IMG/VR virus record: IMGVR_UViG_3300021412_000006
Span: 1 to 29,974 of that record
From: a virus
Taxonomy: Duplodnaviria > Caudoviricetes
Length of the DNA stretch: 29,974 bases
Strand: one strand, 5' to 3'
This document shows positions 25,026 through 29,974 of this stretch, piece after piece. The stretch's first letter is position 1, and every line of letters begins with the position of its first letter. Position numbers and translations under genes: made by a program. Below the pieces are notes generated by a model that was not told the DNA's origin, searched no databases, and worked only from the letters and a program-made list of their open reading frames with translations.

Positions 25026-25063
25026 AGTATAAACCGACAGAGCGCACTGAATACAAGTGTTTA
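25026..25063 (-). promoter_or_regulatory. Putative late promoter for the portal operon
   Basis: TAAACACTTGTA-N20-TATACT, with the same motif and spacing as 21217-21254. Confidence 0.6.
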
Positions 25064-26632
25064 ATATTCTAGTGCATACAAATCTGTTCCTACCTGCTCC
25101 TTCCAATGATTTTCATGCTCTTGGCTAGGTGGCATATCATTCTTGTATGCTTGTCCGCCGGTTGGGACTTTAGAACGCTGATCCCACCTATCCTTAGTAG
25201 GATCAACACCGTAAGGTGCGCCGAGTACGTTCTGAATTAGTTTCGGTTCATTATCCACAACAGGGGCCAAATCAGGCATCATTGTGAAGAAGTACCTACA
25301 CGAATCAATCGCATGATCATCTTTCTTATGTGGCTGCTCTAGTTTGTTGTTCTCGAATGAACTCTTACGCGATGCATATGTCTTCCAGCGGTACTTCCTC
25401 ATTTCAGTAATAAGATTGGCACAGTTATCTGTGATAGTCCAAGTAGACTCATTACCAAATTTAGGAGTTTTACGTAAGTAGTCAACCATCCGGTTAAGAC
25501 CAGAATCTACATCAGATAGTTTCGTACCGATGTAAATTCCAAATTCACCATATGCTTGTACAATTGATGTACCAGTAATTGCACTACGCTGATGCATTGC
25601 AGGATCACCCACAAGAATATCAGGTTCTTTGCCAAGTTCTTTGACAATCTCCCAATAACGTTCAGCGTGTTGTTTTACTGTCCACTCGCTTTGGTAGTGC
25701 TCGAAAAAAGTGACCACTTTACCGTTCGGGCTAACAGCATGCCACAAAATAGCTGTTGGGTTATTAAGCCCGTGGTCAAAACTAACGTACCAGTACCAAT
25801 CCTTCGGAGGGATAAAGAAAGGGCGTACATTGTCGTGAATGTTGAAGCCCTTGAAAATTCGTCCACCCACAGCCACAAATTCTCCGCGGGATCGGGCGGC
25901 ACGTTCATCGGGATCAAGTGTAGATAAGTAGGCATCACGAGCCTCTTTGCTCAAGTGAGGGTTTTCACTCATCTCAATTTCGACCACATGAACTAATGGA
26001 TCGCCATTTAACCCCGGAAGATATAAGTCCTCATAAACCCAAGTCATGCCCTCGACAGGGGTCATGGTGATAAAAGCCCTACCATTACGGTCAATCAGCC
26101 GCGCCTGAGACTCGTTATAGATGTGCTTCGGGGGTTCCTCGTCATACCAGTTAAAGTCGCGAGAAGTGCCGGCGAATTTCTCTAGGTCCTGCTCATATGA
26201 TTTGAACTCTAGTTGTGATTTATTGGCTAGTGTGAGAGTGCGAAGTTCTTTGTCGTAGGAATCTTCCCAGGACCCGTTCTTAAGAAAGGAGGGAGGCAGC
26301 CATCGAGCAATCTCTGGCATAATGATTTTTGCCACTCCATAGAGAAAGTCAACAGAATGCACACGACCATATACAGGCGGAGGGGGTGTCGACTTATACG
26401 GATTACGGCCCATGAGAGCGTAACAAGTCTCGACAGCACCGCCAGTAGTCTTACCACTTCGGTTACCTCCAATGTAAAGGTCTACTTTGGCGCCTGACTT
26501 ATGGAAAGCAAATTGCTTGTCATGAGGTACATAGGCATAGAGATTCGGTCGAACAGCCTGTTCTTTTAGGCGATCGTTAATCTGCTCTAGAATCTGATCG
26601 TATGTCAGATTCACTCGTGAGTTTCTAGCCAT
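25061..26632 (-). CDS. terL: Terminase large subunit
   Basis: Walker A GGNRSGKT, Walker B WYDEEP, motif III MTP, nuclease SFDHG, VGDPA and DHAIDSCRY. Confidence 0.95.
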   Translation of the reverse strand: MARNSRVNLTYDQILEQINDRLKEQAVRPNLYAYVPHDKQFAFHKSGAKVDLYIGGNRSGKTTGGAVETCYALMGRNPYKSTPPPPVYGRVHSVDFLYGVAKIIMPEIARWLPPSFLKNGSWEDSYDKELRTLTLANKSQLEFKSYEQDLEKFAGTSRDFNWYDEEPPKHIYNESQARLIDRNGRAFITMTPVEGMTWVYEDLYLPGLNGDPLVHVVEIEMSENPHLSKEARDAYLSTLDPDERAARSRGEFVAVGGRIFKGFNIHDNVRPFFIPPKDWYWYVSFDHGLNNPTAILWHAVSPNGKVVTFFEHYQSEWTVKQHAERYWEIVKELGKEPDILVGDPAMHQRSAITGTSIVQAYGEFGIYIGTKLSDVDSGLNRMVDYLRKTPKFGNESTWTITDNCANLITEMRKYRWKTYASRKSSFENNKLEQPHKKDDHAIDSCRYFFTMMPDLAPVVDNEPKLIQNVLGAPYGVDPTKDRWDQRSKVPTGGQAYKNDMPPSQEHENHWKEQVGTDLYALEY

Positions 26633-26898
26633 TATGAAGTATTGTCAGTGAATCCCAATACGGCTGCCAGTTGACTGATGAGGTTTGCCAGTGCCACATT
26701 TCCGCCCTTAGCACCTGTGATGGAAATTCCTTCCATAAGTTGCTTGGAACTTCCTCCATCGTGCAAATGGTCGCCAGGAGAGGCTTGCCCTCGTCCACTG
26801 CCGAGAGTATGGTGAAGGGAATTTCGAGTACCATCTGTGTCAGCATTTCTATGAAATTCTTCGACAGCCTGTGAAGATGGCTTTTGTTTATCTGTCAT
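26632..26898 (-). CDS. Small His-rich hypothetical (fibre-like HxH motif)
   Basis: HHTLG...QASPGDHLHDG; TAATG coupling on both sides. Confidence 0.75.
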   Translation of the reverse strand: MTDKQKPSSQAVEEFHRNADTDGTRNSLHHTLGSGRGQASPGDHLHDGGSSKQLMEGISITGAKGGNVALANLISQLAAVLGFTDNTS

Positions 26899-27662
26899 TA
26901 TGGCGTACTTGCAATTGGACTAGCAATATTGAACCAATATTCAATATCTACGTTAAGATACCCAGGGGCACCTGCTTCCCAAGAATACACACCAGCAAAT
27001 CGTGGAATACCTGTACCTACTGCGTTACTTGGATTATCCGCACTTCTAACTGGCTCATTTCTTGCGCGTGCAGGCATAGAAGCAGCATCTAGCCAAAGTG
27101 CCCAAAGCGAACATTTAGTGTCACCGGGATCAATGCGAGTAGTAACCATAAAATCTTCACCACGAGCATTTACCGTGCCGCCACCCCAACTTACCATTGG
27201 AGTACCAGCAGCATGAGTATATGGAATACTAAAAGTAATTCCACCATTGCCAAAATTTACACCAGTAGTACCGCTGTAAAGACGGGCACAGTATCTAAGT
27301 TTTTCGCCTACACGGAAATAGCGAGCGTCCCTTGCTCCACCAGTACCTAAAGTAACTGAACCTAGAGTGCTACGTACATCTGGTTTCCAAGCAGTCTGCC
27401 ATTTAGTATCTCTATAGAATACCCAACCAGTACCTACAATATACTGATAAATAGCACCAGTGTCATCAGTCTGAGCAAGGCGTCCAGTAAATAGATTAGT
27501 TACAGGAAGTGCTGCCACATTTGCTACGTGGAAAATTCCTACAGCATTACTAAGGTAGTCAATCGAATCTGCAATCTGTGTAGTGACGTTTACTGTGTCA
27601 TCCCCACCTGGCCCGCCATCATCAGGCAGAATGAGTTGGGTTCGAGTTTGAAGAGTACTCAT
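26898..27662 (-). CDS. Putative tail fibre / receptor-binding protein
   Basis: G/T-rich beta protein with GRLAQTDDTG..YQY..GTGW and W.P...TLGTGG...RYFRVG segments typical of minor tail proteins. Confidence 0.6.
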   Translation of the reverse strand: MSTLQTRTQLILPDDGGPGGDDTVNVTTQIADSIDYLSNAVGIFHVANVAALPVTNLFTGRLAQTDDTGAIYQYIVGTGWVFYRDTKWQTAWKPDVRSTLGSVTLGTGGARDARYFRVGEKLRYCARLYSGTTGVNFGNGGITFSIPYTHAAGTPMVSWGGGTVNARGEDFMVTTRIDPGDTKCSLWALWLDAASMPARARNEPVRSADNPSNAVGTGIPRFAGVYSWEAGAPGYLNVDIEYWFNIASPIASTP

Positions 27663-28603
27663 TCAAGTTCCTCTGGTAACGGATCAAAAAAGCCAAATGG
27701 GACTACAACTGATCCATCTACTTCCGATGTTACTCGTGTAGTAGATGGGACTGCATTTAATCGTGGGTGTGTGCCTACCGGAACCGGCCGAAAATCACCA
27801 GCGCCAAAGTCACTATGCACACTACTAGAATCCATACGTGAAGATCCATCTTCTATCACCTCCGCGTCTACTATTGGAGAGATATAGTTCGCAGGCGGGT
27901 CTTGCAACCCCCGCGGAACACCACCATTAAGAATTGTGTCAATATCCGTAGAGACATTTTTGAGGACTTCTACGTCGTTGACATACCTGGTGATTACCTC
28001 CAAGATTAGACCCACGATCTTGACAATGTCAAGCATTTGTTTCTGCGATGGGTCATGTCGACCAGAGACTTCATAGAAGAGTTTGATCGCATTAATATCA
28101 CCTTGGTCAGCACGTTGTACTAATCGAGCGTGTACTGTAGAGATATTATCGTTTAGAAGTGACTCTCCAATCTCACTTACCTTACTAGCGAAAGTAGGAT
28201 TCTTAAGCCAGGCTTTGTACTGCGTATGAGAGATACCAGCCTGTTTGAGTTTATCTCCAAAAGTTCGTCTGTTAGTAGGATCAGTGATAATAGAGATAGC
28301 AAAGATTTGTTCTGGGGTGAGTATTCCCGCAAGGTTGATATTAGTAGTCCATCTAATTCCTCTTTTGAGTAATGCTTCTTTTCCTTCTGCACTAGTTACC
28401 ACCTTTGCTACAATATTTTTGTGCGTACCCGCGAGCCTAGCCACGTCATCAATACTAGGGAGCAGTTGACCTGCGGGTTTGGTCTTGTAAGCAATCTCAG
28501 CAGCAGCCAGGACACGCCTCAGTTGATCCTGCGAAACACCCTTGGGCAGCCTGTTTGGGGAGTACCCAGGAGTACCTTCAGAAGTAGTTTCAGTCATCCT
28601 CAC
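27659..28603 (-). CDS. HTH DNA-binding protein, probable terminase small subunit
   Basis: Two HTH-like segments (SIDDVARLAGT, KLKQAGISHTQYKAWLKNPTF) and a GDINAIKLFYEVSGRH oligomerisation-like motif; upstream of TerL. Confidence 0.65.
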   Translation of the reverse strand: MRMTETTSEGTPGYSPNRLPKGVSQDQLRRVLAAAEIAYKTKPAGQLLPSIDDVARLAGTHKNIVAKVVTSAEGKEALLKRGIRWTTNINLAGILTPEQIFAISIITDPTNRRTFGDKLKQAGISHTQYKAWLKNPTFASKVSEIGESLLNDNISTVHARLVQRADQGDINAIKLFYEVSGRHDPSQKQMLDIVKIVGLILEVITRYVNDVEVLKNVSTDIDTILNGGVPRGLQDPPANYISPIVDAEVIEDGSSRMDSSSVHSDFGAGDFRPVPVGTHPRLNAVPSTTRVTSEVDGSVVVPFGFFDPLPEELE

Positions 28604-29123
28604 ACCAGCTTTTAATAGCCTCGTTTAATTCTGATAGTATGTCCGCAGTTGCTCCGAGATTGATGAGACAATCTCTGACTGCAACGGGCATTCTGGTGGT
28701 TTTACCAAGTTCATATTTGTTAAGGACCGCAGGGTGTATGTTTCCCCATTTGGCCCATTTGATTTGTGAGCCAGGAAGTGAGGCTTCTCTGGCGATAATT
28801 TCTCGAAGTACTCTATGAGGATTTCTATCGGGATGGGTGTGATACTCGCTTCGCCACACATCTTTGATGAACCTCCAATTAGGTACTAAACCGACAGGCA
28901 ACTGTGATGGTTTAATCTTGTACTCATGCAGGTATTCTAATTCAATGTCATTCTCATGGGAATAAGTGAGGTCACTAAGTACCTCTAGAACTTTGCCGCT
29001 GGGTGTGGCATACATTGTCTGTTCTAACTTAACAATATAGTCACGACTCACCCCAGCAGCGTCGGCTAATTGTTGCTCTGTGAGTCCCGCATCTTTTCGA
29101 TAACGGGTAATTGTGTTGGGCAT
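28590..29123 (-). CDS. XRE-family HTH transcriptional regulator (tandem HTH)
   Basis: YRKDAGLTEQQLADAAGVSRDYIVKLE, plus a second SQIKWAK...VLNKYELG HTH-like segment. Confidence 0.85.
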   Translation of the reverse strand: MPNTITRYRKDAGLTEQQLADAAGVSRDYIVKLEQTMYATPSGKVLEVLSDLTYSHENDIELEYLHEYKIKPSQLPVGLVPNWRFIKDVWRSEYHTHPDRNPHRVLREIIAREASLPGSQIKWAKWGNIHPAVLNKYELGKTTRMPVAVRDCLINLGATADILSELNEAIKSWCEDD

Positions 29124-29129
29124 GTATTT

Positions 29130-29157
29130 AGTATATCGTGGTATGCTTTCAAGTCAA
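29130..29157 (-). promoter_or_regulatory. Sigma70/SigA-type leaderless promoter of the XRE gene
   Basis: TTGACT-N16-TATACT-N6-ATG; no SD. Confidence 0.65.
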
Positions 29158-29313
29158 GTGTAAAGCAAGTAGTAACGTCCCTATTATGGAATCGGGTGGA
29201 GCCCGGTCACCCTAGACAAGATGCTGTCCACCATGCGGACTCGTGCGAGAATCGGCCGGACCAAACTCGCCCCACAAATCTTGTCCACTATGTGAGATGC
29301 TGCCCCAGATAAC

Positions 29314-29341
29314 TTGACCTGTATGCCTCAGCGGGTAGTCT
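29314..29341 (+). promoter_or_regulatory. SigA-type promoter for the divergent + strand gene
   Basis: TTGACC-N16-TAGTCT, 47 nt before the ATG. Confidence 0.55.
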
Positions 29342-29388
29342 TGTCTTAGTGGCCATCCGGGCCACGCATCCCAGATACAGGAGTCATC

Positions 29389-29974
29389 ATGTCGGACAAC
29401 GTTCTGTTTAACGCTCTTCACGAGCAGATTGTCGCCAGCGCTGCCAAGGCTAACGCGATTGCTGATCGCATCCGGGCCGCCCGTGCTGGCAATCCTGAGA
29501 GCACAGCCAAGAAGTTTGTTACCAAGGCTGAACTCTCAGAGGTTCCTGAAGAGGTTCGCGCGACGGTTGAAAAGTTCCGTGAGGGTCGCGATAAGGTTCT
29601 CGCTTCGCTCGCCGCTAATGAGGCTAAGGCTATCGCCGCTGTCGTGGCGACTCTTCCCAAGAGCGAACTTTCCGAGGAGGAAACCGCCGCGCAGACTGCG
29701 GAGTATAAGTCTCACGTTGAGAAGTTCCGTACGTGGCGCAAGTCGCTTGTGGATTTGGACGTCGCGACCGAAGAGCAACTGTCAGAACTTCCCAAGGTCA
29801 AGACTCTTGGTGGCGGGAGTTCGGCTGGAACTCATGCCTCAAGTGGTCGGCCGAAGCCTCGCTTTGATGAGATCACTCTTAACGGCCAGAGCGTTGCTAA
29901 GACTGTGGACGGTAAGCGAGTTTGCACGCCTACTGTTCTCAGCGAGCGCATTAACGCTCTCCACGCGGATGATG
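29389..29974 (+). CDS. Hypothetical helical protein, 3'-truncated (absent from the ORF track)
   Basis: AGGAG RBS then ATG at 29389; open to the window end (MSDNVLFNALHEQIVASAAKANAIADRIRAARAG...), 195 codons. Confidence 0.85.
   Translation, partial: MSDNVLFNALHEQIVASAAKANAIADRIRAARAGNPESTAKKFVTKAELSEVPEEVRATVEKFREGRDKVLASLAANEAKAIAAVVATLPKSELSEEETAAQTAEYKSHVEKFRTWRKSLVDLDVATEEQLSELPKVKTLGGGSSAGTHASSGRPKPRFDEITLNGQSVAKTVDGKRVCTPTVLSERINALHADD

Noticed and set aside
343-28861. Numerous 60-130 aa antisense or alternate-frame ORFs inside long genes
   Set aside because: Shadow ORFs with no SD or motif, fully nested in well-supported genes.
28590-29123. XRE gene as evidence of a temperate phage or prophage
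   Set aside because: No integrase, att site or host genes in the window, and the gene is co-oriented with the late genes.
29212-29778. Minus-strand ORFs at the right end
   Set aside because: They lie antisense to a better + strand ORF (29389 onward) that has an SD and promoter, or fall within the control region.
1-29974. CRISPR arrays, tRNAs, DGR repeats, inteins, stop-codon recoding
   Set aside because: No regularly spaced repeats, cloverleafs or reverse transcriptase seen. TerL, portal and capsid are uninterrupted in the standard code, with TAA/TAG/TGA all used as stops.

Overview
About 30 kb of a lytic-looking, podovirus-type (short-tailed) dsDNA phage genome. The host is most likely an actinobacterium, judged from the WhiB gene, actinophage-style holin/membrane genes and leaderless promoters. 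The left end (+ strand) is the tail of the replication module: family-A DNA polymerase (5'-truncated), a 2H phosphoesterase, a RuvC-like resolvase and small Cys-rich proteins. It converges on, and overlaps, a whiB gene. The long - strand block runs, in transcription order: XRE HTH regulator, probable small terminase, fibre-like proteins, TerL, portal, scaffold, major capsid, two paralogous fibre proteins flanking a clan GH-A glycoside hydrolase, adaptor, nozzle, a set of internal/ejection proteins (one apparently split by a frameshift), CHAP-like and lysozyme-like hydrolases, and a multi-gene membrane/holin cassette. A divergent, GC-richer + strand gene starts at the right edge. The most notable observations are: (1) two different shared N-terminal motifs across the putative ejection proteins; (2) a conserved long-spacer promoter motif (TAAACACTTGTA-N20-TANANT) with palindromic spacers; (3) an Acb1-like 2H nuclease candidate; (4) a convergent gene overlap whose two products end in near-identical acidic-aromatic tails; (5) unannotated microproteins. 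All calls come from reading motifs by eye; no searches were run.
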